From positions 1 to 64,000 of the IMG/VR virus record IMGVR_UViG_3300019458_000033: a stretch of 64,000 nt of DNA, one strand, 5' to 3'. This document shows positions 16,510 through 25,800 of the stretch, one piece after another. The DNA comes from a virus. The translations under genes and the position numbers were made by a program. The notes under the pieces are model-generated. The model made no database searches. It saw only the letters and a program-made list of their open reading frames with translations, and had not been told where the DNA came from. How positions within the stretch are numbered: the first letter of the stretch is position 1; the number at the start of each line of letters is the position of its first letter.

Positions 16510-16519
16510 GGGGCGCACA

Positions 16520-16732
16520 ATGGCCGGCGAGTTGTCAAAGGTCAGGAGCTTCACAAAGAAAGCCAGAACGCCAAAGCAAGCGCGGCAATGGAAACACGTC
16601 TACAACTCCCAGAAGCAGCGCGGGCTATCCGAGGGCAGGGCAATCGCTTCGGCGAGTGCGGCTGTCGGGCGGTCGGGTCGGGGCAAGCGAAGAGGCCGCT
16701 ACCGCAGACGGGAACGTTCCAGAGGGAGGTGA
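16520..16732 (+). CDS. small basic protein, ChaB-like pattern (tentative)
   Basis: ARTPKQARQWKHVYNSQKQRGLSEGRAIASASAAV followed by an Arg-rich tail. GC3 is higher in this frame than in the overlapping frame. Confidence 0.45.
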   Translation: MAGELSKVRSFTKKARTPKQARQWKHVYNSQKQRGLSEGRAIASASAAVGRSGRGKRRGRYRRRERSRGR

Positions 16733-16736
16733 TCCG

Positions 16737-16967
16737 TTGAAGGACTCAGGTCCCTACAAGGCCCGCACCGGGGATACGGTGAACCAGGTTCACTCCCCCA
16801 GCGGCACCATCGGCACCCACAAGGGGATGTCGATGAACCCGGCGAGCTACCCGAAGCGCTCGGGTGGCCAGACGGTTGGTCAGGTCCATTCCTCAGCCGG
16901 AACCATCGGCGAGTCGAAGGGTTTGATGCAGAACAAGGATAGCCAAATCCGCGGCGGCTCGAAGTAG
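16737..16967 (+). CDS. hypothetical protein with an internal 2x repeat
   Basis: GGGAGGTG SD upstream of the TTG at 16737. Repeats are GDTVNQVHSPSGTIGTHKG and GQTVGQVHSSAGTIGESKG. Confidence 0.45.
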   Translation: MKDSGPYKARTGDTVNQVHSPSGTIGTHKGMSMNPASYPKRSGGQTVGQVHSSAGTIGESKGLMQNKDSQIRGGSK

Positions 16968-16979
16968 CCGCGATTCAAC

Positions 16980-17294
16980 ATGGCAACCAGCGCGCTACCG
17001 CCTCTTCCCTCCCCAACGCCCGAAGGCCGGGCGATTCCAGAACTCATGTCGGCTCAGGCCGGGCTCAACCCTGGCGCAGCGCCGCCTCGTCCCGAGGATG
17101 CGCTGCAGGGGTACATGCGAATGATGGCCGAGTCGCACATGAACGTGGAAGAGGTTGCGCGGCGGTTTGCCACACGGCCGGATGTCACCGAAGCCGCCCA
17201 GGTGGCGCTTGAGGCTATCCGGAATCTGATGCAACGCATCACAGCCTCCGCGGACCTCGGAGTTGGCGACGAATCCGTACCGATCGGCGGGTAG
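16980..17294 (+). CDS. hypothetical protein
   Basis: ORF in track within the head module. Confidence 0.55.
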   Translation: MATSALPPLPSPTPEGRAIPELMSAQAGLNPGAAPPRPEDALQGYMRMMAESHMNVEEVARRFATRPDVTEAAQVALEAIRNLMQRITASADLGVGDESVPIGG

Positions 17295-17316
17295 CTGCCG
17301 ATGGCCCGAGGCCCGT

Positions 17317-17331
17317 TTGCGGAATCCGCAA
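17317..17331. repeat. palindrome family copy, perfect
   Basis: Intergenic, 22 nt after the stop at 17294 and 70 nt before the scaffold ATG. Confidence 0.9.
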
Positions 17332-17401
17332 ATCTGACTGGCTCGATGCGCGGGAGGGCTTAGCCTGGCCCCGCAGTCAATCGAAGGTCGAGAGATAAGC
17401 G

Positions 17402-18370
17402 ATGGCAAAAGCACCAGAATTCAGCGTTTCCGAATGGCTGGCCGAGCAACTCAAAGGCGCTCAGGTCTCAGACGAGGAACGCAAGGCAGTCGAGAAAGTA
17501 CTCGCCCAAGACGCCGTGGCTAAAAACATCTCAGCATCGGTGATGCGCCACAGCGACTATTCGCGTCGGCAGGATGAGCTTCGCCAGGAGCGCGAGAGCT
17601 TTGACGCCGACCGCAAGAAAATCAACCAGCAGTACCAGGATCGGCTTGCGGAGCTTTCCACCTGGGAAGGCACCGCCAAGCAAAAACTGGCCGAAGAGGA
17701 AAAAGCTCGCAAGCAAGCCGAGGCGGCAGCGGCCGCCGCCCAGCGCAAATACGCGAAAGCGGTCAAAGAAGCCGGGCTTGATCCGGCCGATCTTGGCCTC
17801 GACGATGACGACGATCTCGACCCGCCCCCGCGCCGTCAACCGGCATTCGATCCGGCCAAGGAGTGGGAGGCTCGCGAGGCTAAACTGCGCGCCGAGTTGA
17901 AGAAGGAATTCGAGAACGGCGCCGCCGAGTTGGTCAAGGTCATGGGGCCTTACCCGATTCAGCTTATGCAGCTACAGGCCGAGCACCAGCGGCTTTTCCC
18001 AGAGCAACCATTGGATGTTGGAGCCCTTTACAAGCAGTCGGTTGAGAAGGGCAAGCCGATGGATGAGATTTGGGCAGACCAGTTCCACGTCGCCGACCGG
18101 CGGGCGGAAATGGCTCAGAAGGCGATTGACGATCAGATCTCGCAGGCGCGCGCCGACGAGCGCCGCAAGGTGACCGAAGAGCTTGCGCGGCCACCGATGA
18201 TCGAACCGGAAAGTTACGGCTCCCCGGCCATGAAGAAGTTCGCGGCGAAACCCGGGAGTTCCGAGCAGGACGGCCTTAGCGGCATTGAACGCGCCGTGAT
18301 CGCCGCCCGACAGCACAAACACGCGCCGCCCTCAAGCCCTCACTGGAAGGGCCACCAAAACGGCGCTTAA
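17402..18370 (+). CDS. scaffolding protein (putative)
   Basis: Highly charged, Ala/Glu/Lys-rich coiled-coil-like sequence immediately upstream of the capsid gene. Confidence 0.6.
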   Translation: MAKAPEFSVSEWLAEQLKGAQVSDEERKAVEKVLAQDAVAKNISASVMRHSDYSRRQDELRQERESFDADRKKINQQYQDRLAELSTWEGTAKQKLAEEEKARKQAEAAAAAAQRKYAKAVKEAGLDPADLGLDDDDDLDPPPRRQPAFDPAKEWEAREAKLRAELKKEFENGAAELVKVMGPYPIQLMQLQAEHQRLFPEQPLDVGALYKQSVEKGKPMDEIWADQFHVADRRAEMAQKAIDDQISQARADERRKVTEELARPPMIEPESYGSPAMKKFAAKPGSSEQDGLSGIERAVIAARQHKHAPPSSPHWKGHQNGA

Positions 18371-18406
18371 CGACCGAAATCCGAGGGGCGGCCATTAGGA
18401 CGAAGC

Positions 18407-19519
18407 ATGGACCCACAATTTGACGAACTCAATGCAACGACCAAGATGGAGATGTACCCCTCGGTCCTCGAGGATGTCTTCTTCAAGGGCTCGCCGTTTC
18501 TGGCCTACATGAAGCAGGAAGGGCTGCACCCGTTCCACGGCGGCAGCTCCATGCGGAATGCCTTCGTGTTCCGGCCAGGCATTGGCGGCCCCTACTCGCC
18601 TGGTGACAATTTCCCCACCACGCGCGTCCCTTCGATCTCGGCAATGCAGTTTCGCCCGAAGTACTACTTCGCTGGCGTGCCCGAGTTCAAGGAAATCCTG
18701 CAAGTCGAAAACATCGGCGAAAACGCCGTCTACTCGATTGTCGATGTTGATCTGCGCAACGCGATGCAGACCATCAACGCGATCATTGCCATCGCGCTCT
18801 ACCGCGAAGGGCAGTCGGCGGGCCGCATTAAGCACCTCAACGGCCTCTCCGAGGTGATCGGCAACGGCACCGATCCGAGCTGGGAAGGCACGATTGCGAC
18901 CAGCTACGGCGGGCACCTGCGCGGCGGCGTTGTCGGCGACAAGCTGAGCGCGACACCGCTGTGGGTGGGCAACTCGGACGGCTCGGCTGGCACGATCCAG
19001 TACAAGCACCTCACCGAGTCGTATTGGGATTCCGCCCAAGGCGAGGATGAGCCCAATATCGGCCTCTGCAACAAGGCCGTGTTCGCCTTCATCCTGCAGC
19101 GCATCCAGCCGCAGCAACGCTTCGCCCAGGAGCAGGATCCCTACTGGGGCGCGACCAGCTTCAAGATGTTTCGCGCACGCATCATGGTCGACGAGTACGC
19201 ACCCTCGGCGATCTACGGCGAGTCGCACGCGGTGCTGGGGTCGAACCTGACCGGCAGCTTCGCCGGGCCGACGACACCGACCACCAAGTCGCGCATCCCC
19301 TCGGGCGCGGTGACGCTCACCATCGGCGAGACCTTTTTCTGGCTGAACACGCGCACGCTGATGTTCCGCATGGCGACCGACGAGGAATTCGGGTTTGGCT
19401 GGTCTGGCTTCAAGCCGGGCTTCGACAACACCCGCGTGTTCGGCGAGATCAAGGCGGCGATCAACCTGCAGTGTATCTCGCCTAAACTCAACAAGATGCT
19501 TTTTGGAATAGGGAGTTGA
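18407..19519 (+). CDS. major capsid protein (putative)
   Basis: 370 aa, positioned after the scaffold. The long antisense ORF opposite it is treated as a GC artefact. Confidence 0.7.
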   Translation: MDPQFDELNATTKMEMYPSVLEDVFFKGSPFLAYMKQEGLHPFHGGSSMRNAFVFRPGIGGPYSPGDNFPTTRVPSISAMQFRPKYYFAGVPEFKEILQVENIGENAVYSIVDVDLRNAMQTINAIIAIALYREGQSAGRIKHLNGLSEVIGNGTDPSWEGTIATSYGGHLRGGVVGDKLSATPLWVGNSDGSAGTIQYKHLTESYWDSAQGEDEPNIGLCNKAVFAFILQRIQPQQRFAQEQDPYWGATSFKMFRARIMVDEYAPSAIYGESHAVLGSNLTGSFAGPTTPTTKSRIPSGAVTLTIGETFFWLNTRTLMFRMATDEEFGFGWSGFKPGFDNTRVFGEIKAAINLQCISPKLNKMLFGIGS

Positions 19520-19560
19520 TCGATCCATTGGAGACAAGGAAACAAAGGAGATAGACCAAC

Positions 19561-20124
19561 ATGCGCACCAACGTTATCCAGGTCGCCAACGGTTCGATCC
19601 TCGACGCTGACGACCTCTATCCTGGCGGCGGAAACGAAGCGCCGGGCCTTGCGCCGGGCCAGTTGGGCAAGTCGATCGAGGTGGCCCCCGGCTATCTCGA
19701 TGTGGACTTCTGGGGCCGGGTGCAGTACGTGAAGCTCGACGCGGCGATCACGGTTGTACCTGTCCGCGGCACGCTCGCCTACTGGTCGGACAAGCCGAAT
19801 TTCGGGGTCACCTGCGACAACCCCACCGTGGGCGTCGCGCTGGCCGGAATCATTCTCGGCACGACCACCGACGGCCGCTATGTCTGGATTCAGAAGGAAG
19901 GCCGGGCTGTCGTCAAGTTCCTGTCGTCTACGACTAAGACGACTCCGGCGGCCGGCGATGCGGTTGTTCACAGCGGCACTTCCGGTCTGGCCGACGTGCT
20001 GGCCGATGCTACCGCGGTTGTGTTCGGAACCGACGCGGCACAGCTTAACCGGCTGATCGGCCATTTGGCCGGGTCGGTCGCGTCGCAGTTGGGCTCGGTC
20101 GATCTGATCCCGATCCCCGACTAG
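19561..20124 (+). CDS. head-associated structural protein (decoration-like, tentative)
   Basis: SD AAAGGAG. Position directly after the capsid gene. Confidence 0.5.
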   Translation: MRTNVIQVANGSILDADDLYPGGGNEAPGLAPGQLGKSIEVAPGYLDVDFWGRVQYVKLDAAITVVPVRGTLAYWSDKPNFGVTCDNPTVGVALAGIILGTTTDGRYVWIQKEGRAVVKFLSSTTKTTPAAGDAVVHSGTSGLADVLADATAVVFGTDAAQLNRLIGHLAGSVASQLGSVDLIPIPD

Positions 20125-20128
20125 CATT

Positions 20129-20143
20129 TTGCGGAATCCGCAA
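20129..20143. repeat. palindrome family copy, perfect
   Basis: Starts 4 nt after the stop at 20124. Confidence 0.9.
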
Positions 20144-20148
20144 ACGGC

Positions 20149-20168
20149 GGGGCCTGGCCTCAGGCCCC
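20149..20168 (+). terminator. strong GC hairpin after the capsid genes (attenuator/terminator candidate)
   Basis: GGGGCCTG-gcct-CAGGCCCC gives an 8-bp stem. No U-tract follows. Confidence 0.4.
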
Positions 20169-20190
20169 AGCCAACTTGAGCGAGGCAAGC

Positions 20191-20595
20191 ATGGCTATCA
20201 CCAGACCGTTTCTCGAACAGTGGATGGAAGGCAACGTTTGCAAGATCATTGCCGACGTGGTCTTGCCGACGAGCTATGCCGCTGGCGGCATGTCGATTAC
20301 CGCGGGCGATCTGGGGATGGCGAAAATCCTCGGCGCACGGCAGTTGGGCGTGGTAACCGCCGGCGTCGGCGCGCTCTACGTCTGGAATCAGACCACGGGC
20401 AAGCTGATGGTCATCCTGCCGACCGGCGGCGCTGAGGCTTCGCCGACGACGCTGGCGGCTCCGGCTATTGCGGAAGCCGGCTCGGGTGGCGACTCGGCCG
20501 ATTTCACGATCGTTCCCGGCGTGGGCAAAGAGATCGCCGCGACCGCAAACCTTTCCAGCGTGACCGTTCGCATGGAATTCACCTGCATCCCCTAG
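20191..20595 (+). CDS. hypothetical structural protein
   Basis: ATG at 20191 within track ORF 20176-20595. Confidence 0.55.
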   Translation: MAITRPFLEQWMEGNVCKIIADVVLPTSYAAGGMSITAGDLGMAKILGARQLGVVTAGVGALYVWNQTTGKLMVILPTGGAEASPTTLAAPAIAEAGSGGDSADFTIVPGVGKEIAATANLSSVTVRMEFTCIP

Positions 20596-20606
20596 CAAGC
20601 AAATGA

Positions 20607-21569
20607 ATGTCATACGCGACCACGTGGGCGTTCCTCCAGGCGCAGCTCCCCGAGCTGAACGCGCTGATGGCTCAGCGGCTTGTTCAGCGCGCCTGGGAAA
20701 AACTCCGCGATGAGCGCGATGTTTGGTCGTTTCTTGTCAGAAAGACTGCCCTCAACGTTCATGCCGCCGTCACCGCCGGCAGCGTCACTGTAACCATCAA
20801 CGACAACGAAGTCACCGCGGATTCGACCGCCAAGGCCGCTCTCGATGCCCAGGATGCGCTGAACGGGTCGATCTGGCTGGGCTGGATCTTCCGCATCGGC
20901 AGCGGGCCGGTCTACCGGATTTCCTCTTACGACACTGGCACGGGCGTCATCACGCTCGACCGGGTTTACTTTGAGGATTCCGCCTCGGGCGCGACCTACG
21001 CCGTGCAGCAGGCTTATCTGCGCCCGCCGGCTAACTTCAAGTCCTGGGTCTCGGTGGTTGACACCTACGAGGACTTCGCGCTGGATTTGGAAACCACCAC
21101 TCAGGAGATCGACCGCGCCGACCCGCTGCGCTCCGCGGTCGATACGCCGACCCTGCTCGCGCCATTCACGTTTGAGGCGACGGCGGGCTACACGGGGCCT
21201 CTTTATGAACTCTACCCGCACGCGGTCTCGCGGCGCTCCTATCCGGCGCTCTATCGGACGGATGATTACGACTGGGTCGGCGGGCGCGATCTGCCGGTGT
21301 CGATTCCACAGACGCTGATCGAGGATCTGGCGATGGTCGAAGCCTACGAGTGGGCCGAAGCCAACCGCGAGCGCCACAAGGGCCTGGCCGGCGCCGACTG
21401 GCGGTTTCTGATTGCCGGCAAGGCGCGCGTGATCGAGGATGCCAAGCGCAAGGCGCGCAACAACGACGCAAACCTGCTGCTGACGACGTTCGGGTCGAAC
21501 TATCTCAAACCAAAGCGAGGTGTGGGGGCGAACTACCTGATGACGCACGCACCCTATACGCCTCAGTAA
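20607..21569 (+). CDS. hypothetical structural protein
   Basis: ORF in track; the antisense ORF of similar size is rejected. Confidence 0.6.
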   Translation: MSYATTWAFLQAQLPELNALMAQRLVQRAWEKLRDERDVWSFLVRKTALNVHAAVTAGSVTVTINDNEVTADSTAKAALDAQDALNGSIWLGWIFRIGSGPVYRISSYDTGTGVITLDRVYFEDSASGATYAVQQAYLRPPANFKSWVSVVDTYEDFALDLETTTQEIDRADPLRSAVDTPTLLAPFTFEATAGYTGPLYELYPHAVSRRSYPALYRTDDYDWVGGRDLPVSIPQTLIEDLAMVEAYEWAEANRERHKGLAGADWRFLIAGKARVIEDAKRKARNNDANLLLTTFGSNYLKPKRGVGANYLMTHAPYTPQ

Positions 21570-21581
21570 AAGGAGTCACGT

Positions 21582-21788
21582 ATGAACCTTCCCAAGATCG
21601 CAAACGGCGGCAAGGTGGTCCAAAGCCACGAGCCGTCTCCGCTATCCCAGATCGCCAAGCACGGCGATGGGCCGATTCCCTACATCACCAGGGACAACCG
21701 CATCCCCCACAACCTGCCGCCCGGCATGGGCCACGGCACCGGCACGGCTCGGCCGCCTGCCGGCGGCAACAAGAAAGAGGGGTACTAA
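21582..21788 (+). CDS. hypothetical protein (68 aa)
   Basis: SD AAAGGAG upstream. Confidence 0.5.
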   Translation: MNLPKIANGGKVVQSHEPSPLSQIAKHGDGPIPYITRDNRIPHNLPPGMGHGTGTARPPAGGNKKEGY

Positions 21789-21791
21789 GCC

Positions 21792-22148
21792 ATGGCGATC
21801 CCCGGCGGAACACCGGCCCCGCTCGGCCTCGTGACGGTCACGACGTCGGGGACGCCGGTTCCGATTACTGCGAATTTCGCAAATATGGCTGCCGACGGCA
21901 TCCTGCCGGGTGTCGAGTTGGCCTGCAAGTTGAACTTTATGCCCAAGCTCACCAACACGGGCAACGTCTACGTCGGCAAGGCTGGCATGGACATCGCAAC
22001 CGGCGAGGGCGTGCTGTTCGAGCTCGCGCCGGGGCAGGGCTGGCCGCTGGGCGAGCAGGGTGGCCCCAACATTTACAACGTGCATGATTTCTGGCTGGAC
22101 GCCGACCAAGACGGGGACCAATGCTATGTCTCTTATGAAGCTGGCTAG
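21792..22148 (+). CDS. hypothetical structural protein
   Basis: ORF in track, tightly packed. Confidence 0.55.
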   Translation: MAIPGGTPAPLGLVTVTTSGTPVPITANFANMAADGILPGVELACKLNFMPKLTNTGNVYVGKAGMDIATGEGVLFELAPGQGWPLGEQGGPNIYNVHDFWLDADQDGDQCYVSYEAG

Positions 22149-23535
22149 GCTGGCGGCGTTGGCCGTGGCCATGGGCGGGGTTGCCTGGCCGCAGGCAGCC
22201 CCACCGCTGCAGATCGAGGACGAGGCGACAAACCTCGGTGTTGCCTCGCGGCTGCGCTTTGCCGGCGACAGCGTGACCTGCACCAGGAGCGGGTCGAGAA
22301 TCACCTGCACGATGGCCGAAGGCGGCGCTGGCCTGACATCCTGCGTCTCGTCAACCCCCAACGACGCCTATCAGGCCGATTGCACCCCGGCGCTCACCGC
22401 CCCGCCAACCGATGGGATGGTCATCACCTTCAAGGCCACCGCGGCGGCAAACACCGGGCCGGCCACGGTCACACTGACCGACCCCGACCCAGACGCCGGG
22501 CCATACGCGATCTACAAGAACCACGACGCGCAGGATCTTGACGATAACAACCTGCGCGTGGACGAAACCTACCTGTGGCGATTTTGCGCGGCGTGCGATT
22601 CGGCAAATGGAGCGTTTATCGGAACTACGCCGGAGGATTCAGGATTCGCGCCAGCGAGCTACTACGAAAACGGCGGTGCCGAGGAACTCGACCTGACCGG
22701 CCTCGACGGCGTTGACCACGGGGCGATCGCCGGGCTGACCGACAACGACCATCCGCAGTACGCCTGCCCCGGATGCACCTCGGCGGAACTCACACTCGAC
22801 ACAAACGGCGATATCACGATCCCGGCCGGCGGTGGGGTGTTCTCGCTCGATACGTTCTCAAATGCCGCATCGGACACCTTGGATACCATTGCCTGCACGG
22901 CAGGGAACTCGTTTGTGCTGCGGGCCGAGAACGTCGCGCGAGTGGTGACGATCGCGGCGGCCAGTATCCCGATCTGGGGCGATTCCAACTTCGCCTTCGA
23001 TGAGGCTGCCGATCGCGCCTTTGGGATCTGCCCAGCGACCGACACGCCCTACATTTATGCCGTCTTCAATGCGGCGGGCCGAATCGATGTGCAGGAGATC
23101 GGCGTCGGGACAGCGACCTATAATATCCGCTCGACGGTGATCGAGTTAGAGGTCTTCCCGCCTGGAGAAGTCATCACGACCGGAGACCAGCAGTCTTGCT
23201 TCACGGTTCCTAACACCGTCATCTGGGCAACTTCGCCAACGCCGATGCTGCTGACAGATCTAGAAATCCGCCAGCAGAACGTGGCCGATACAACCGGGTT
23301 ATCGGTCATGGTCTCGCGCAAGCGCATGTCGAGTCCAACCGCCGAAGGCTCTGTGGACATGCTCAGCGCGGCCTGCACCACCGACGCCAACGAATTCTAC
23401 TCCGCCGACGACGCAACTGGCTGCACGGTGAACACCTCAAACGATGACGTTCAGCCGGGCGACAGGGTCTGCGTCGACGTGGATACGGCGAGCAACGGCG
23501 AGGGGCTGCACGTGTGGATGTTGTTCGGGCCGTAA
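22126..23535 (+). CDS. fibre/spike-like protein with signal-peptide-like N-terminus
   Basis: N-terminus [27 protein letters not shown]. Thr/Asp/Gly-rich. Confidence 0.55.
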   Translation: MSLMKLARLAALAVAMGGVAWPQAAPPLQIEDEATNLGVASRLRFAGDSVTCTRSGSRITCTMAEGGAGLTSCVSSTPNDAYQADCTPALTAPPTDGMVITFKATAAANTGPATVTLTDPDPDAGPYAIYKNHDAQDLDDNNLRVDETYLWRFCAACDSANGAFIGTTPEDSGFAPASYYENGGAEELDLTGLDGVDHGAIAGLTDNDHPQYACPGCTSAELTLDTNGDITIPAGGGVFSLDTFSNAASDTLDTIACTAGNSFVLRAENVARVVTIAAASIPIWGDSNFAFDEAADRAFGICPATDTPYIYAVFNAAGRIDVQEIGVGTATYNIRSTVIELEVFPPGEVITTGDQQSCFTVPNTVIWATSPTPMLLTDLEIRQQNVADTTGLSVMVSRKRMSSPTAEGSVDMLSAACTTDANEFYSADDATGCTVNTSNDDVQPGDRVCVDVDTASNGEGLHVWMLFGP

Positions 23536-23537
23536 AG

Positions 23538-24503
23538 ATGCTGAAACGTATTCTCATCCTTTTAGCGGTGGTCGCCGTGGTTCTGCTGGCGCAGCGCACA
23601 GGCTTGCGCAGGGATCTGGCCAACATCTCGGCCGTGGGCACCTCTGGCACCGATTCCTATGCGGCAAGCCTTCCAGTCACCTTCGCGTACTACTCGAATT
23701 GTAACATTCGGCTGGTCCTGTTCTATCCTGATGCGCCCAACACCGGCGCTGCCTGTCTGGCGCTGAATGGTCTTTCTTGCCTGCCAATCTATCTCGGCGC
23801 TGACGGCGTGGACTTGACCGACGGCCTGCTACAGGCCAATGTGCCGACGTTTCTACGCTACTGCCCGTCGTGTAACTCGGGCGGCGGCGCGTTCCTAATG
23901 ACTGGTGCGGTTGGCCCAAGCGGACCTCAGGGGCCAACCGGTCCACAGGGTGCGCAAGGAGCTACTGGCGCAACTGGCACACAGGGCGCACAGGGGGAAT
24001 TCGGACCGACAGGACCCACTGGACCAGCTGGATCAAATGGCGCTGTTGGGGCGACAGGACCCACGGGCCCGACTGGTCCATCAGGCGCAGACGGAACCAG
24101 CAATTACGTGATCCAGGCTGGCTCCGGGGTCAACCTCAGCCCCGCCGACGCCACCACCTACTACACGGGCTGCTTCAACGCGCAGGCCCCGACGACCACC
24201 GCTGACCGCACGCGCTGCTACATTCCAAAGACCGGAACGGTGAAGGTGATTTACGGGGTAATTTGGGTTGCCACGACGCTTGGATCATCGGAAACATCCA
24301 CCATCAATTTCCGGCTGAACAACACGACCGACACGGCTATCAGTTCCTCGGTGGTTGCCAATGCCGTCACCACAACGTTCTCCAATACCGGGCTGAGTAT
24401 TGCGGTGACAGCGGGAAATTACTTCGAGTTGAAGTGGGTCTGCCCGACATGGGCCACCAACCCCACAGCGGTGCGCGTGGCCGCCATGGTCTACATCGAA
24501 TGA
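23538..24503 (+). CDS. collagen-like repeat tail fibre protein with hydrophobic N-terminus
   Basis: N-terminus [19 protein letters not shown]. About 64 residues of G-X-Y ([22 protein letters not shown]...). Confidence 0.7.
   Translation: MLKRILILLAVVAVVLLAQRTGLRRDLANISAVGTSGTDSYAASLPVTFAYYSNCNIRLVLFYPDAPNTGAACLALNGLSCLPIYLGADGVDLTDGLLQANVPTFLRYCPSCNSGGGAFLMTGAVGPSGPQGPTGPQGAQGATGATGTQGAQGEFGPTGPTGPAGSNGAVGATGPTGPTGPSGADGTSNYVIQAGSGVNLSPADATTYYTGCFNAQAPTTTADRTRCYIPKTGTVKVIYGVIWVATTLGSSETSTINFRLNNTTDTAISSSVVANAVTTTFSNTGLSIAVTAGNYFELKWVCPTWATNPTAVRVAAMVYIE
23904..24095 (+). repeat. collagen-like G-X-Y coding repeats
   Basis: Uninterrupted Gly at every third residue. Confidence 0.8.
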
Positions 24504-25291
24504 AAGTTTTTGCACCGATTCTCGTGTTTCTACTGGTCGCCTCGCTCGCAGGGCAGACCACGATCATGTTCACCAAGGGTCGCACGGATGGCGGCTCGGG
24601 GATCACGCCTTACCCGACGCCGTCGAACCAGTGGGACTTTAGCGACGGCTCTGGGTCAACGATCACCGCCCAGATTGGCGGGGTGAATCTCACCTGCACC
24701 AATCTGGGGACGTGGGCCTCGTCGCCGATAGCCGCGGATTTCAACGGCACCACTTCGGAATGCACATCTGCCTCGACGATCCTGGACAACCTGACGGCGT
24801 GGTCGATCAGTTTCTGCCTGCAAGCAGATACCAGAGGCGAAAATAACGCCGGCGTGGTGATCACCAAAGGCAGCTCGACCACAGTCAACGACTGGCGAAT
24901 CGAGACAGGCGGATCGTCTGGAAACGAGCGGCTACAGAACCTAGTTTTCAACACGTCAGAAGCCTTCGACCGCTGGCACTCGCCAGCGACCTCACTCGCC
25001 GTCGACGGAACGACTTGGGCCCATTGGGCGGTGACATGCACAGCCTATACCAATATGGCTGGCACCTGCACTTGGTATAAGAACGGCTCGGCGGTCACCA
25101 CGGCGAATGACAACTCAACAACAGGCTCGCGGCGTGATTCGACCGGGTATACGGTGCGCGTTGGGAATCGCGTCGGGGCTACCGACCGCACCCTCGATGC
25201 GCGGCTGCGAAAGTTGAAGGTGTGGGCCACGCAGGCGCTCAGCGCCGGAGATGTGGCGCTAGTCGCAGCGGCAGATCCCTGCGGGACCTAG
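24500..25291 (+). CDS. LamG/concanavalin-A-like lectin domain protein with signal peptide
   Basis: N-terminus [26 protein letters not shown]...[10 protein letters not shown]...WAHWAVTC...WYKNGS fits the LamG jelly-roll pattern. ATGA overlap with the upstream gene. Confidence 0.6.
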   Translation: MKVFAPILVFLLVASLAGQTTIMFTKGRTDGGSGITPYPTPSNQWDFSDGSGSTITAQIGGVNLTCTNLGTWASSPIAADFNGTTSECTSASTILDNLTAWSISFCLQADTRGENNAGVVITKGSSTTVNDWRIETGGSSGNERLQNLVFNTSEAFDRWHSPATSLAVDGTTWAHWAVTCTAYTNMAGTCTWYKNGSAVTTANDNSTTGSRRDSTGYTVRVGNRVGATDRTLDARLRKLKVWATQALSAGDVALVAAADPCGT

Positions 25292-25476
25292 GGATGCTCA
25301 ATACTGTAGTCTTCGGGATGATTGATGAGCCAAATGTCAGGACCGACCAGTAGCGCCGCCATGACCACAGCCAGGGCCAGGACACAGAGGAAAAACTTGA
25401 TGCGATCCAAGAGCCGTTCGTGTTTCGGGTTCATGATTAAAGGGTACACGATTTCGGTGATCGCCACGTGCGCCAT
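25288..25476 (-). CDS. small single-pass membrane protein, antisense to the fibre module
   Basis: GGAGGT lies 3 nt from the ATG. Translation MAHVAITEIVYPLIMNPKHERLLDRIKFFLCVLALAVVMAALLVGPDIW... Confidence 0.5.
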   Translation of the reverse strand: MAHVAITEIVYPLIMNPKHERLLDRIKFFLCVLALAVVMAALLVGPDIWLINHPEDYSIEHP

Positions 25477-25519
25477 ACTACCTCCAAGCCTCGCTGCACC
25501 GATCGGGCCTAGCGAGTTG

Positions 25520-25795
25520 ATGCTTGCTTTCCAGGCGCCGCCGATCCACGTCACGATCAATCTGTACGTCGAGAATCTGTTCGTCGGAGAACAGCCCCTG
25601 CCGCCGCCGGATCCTTCCCCGGCCGTGACCAACACGCCCAGTTGCATCGACCTGCTGGCGAGCTACAACGCCGCGGCAGGACAAGCCGACACGTACGAGC
25701 GCACTACGGAAGCGGAATTTCGCGGTGACCCAAATGGCGCTTCGGGGGCGAATAACGGCTGCCAGATTCAGGCGGCGGTGCCTTTGCGGAATTAG
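25520..25795 (+). CDS. hypothetical protein (91 aa)
   Basis: C-terminal part of track ORF 25322-25795. GC-rich third positions. Start uncertain. Confidence 0.35.
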   Translation: MLAFQAPPIHVTINLYVENLFVGEQPLPPPDPSPAVTNTPSCIDLLASYNAAAGQADTYERTTEAEFRGDPNGASGANNGCQIQAAVPLRN

Positions 25796-25800
25796 TCAAG

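Noticed and set aside
18395-20613. Very long ORFs antisense to the capsid and head genes (18395-19537 -, 19213-20613 -). Similar cases are 14439-15404 -, 30757-31899 -, 44388-45815 -, 54431-55624 + and 20610-21548 -.
   Set aside because: The translations are Arg/Gly/Pro/Ala-rich and low in complexity, which is typical of the open antisense frame in high-GC DNA. The opposite strand carries recognisable, operon-consistent genes with SD sites and start/stop coupling.
21350-22087. The 245-aa + strand ORF overlapping 21582-22148 in another frame.
   Set aside because: It is an extremely Arg/Gly/Pro/Gln-rich alternative frame with no SD. The in-phase small genes have SDs and compact spacing.
25781-25795. 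Half-site or weak matches to the palindrome. These are TTGCGGAATTAG at 25784, TTGCGGATTTTAC at 60615, TTGCAACTTCCGCAT at 47704, TTGCGGAACTCG at 53269 and CTGCGGAAGTCGCAA at 3293.
   Set aside because: Only one arm is conserved or there are 3 or more mismatches. They cannot be distinguished from chance or decay, so they are not counted in the family. The 47704 site also overlaps a well-supported SD and TTG start.
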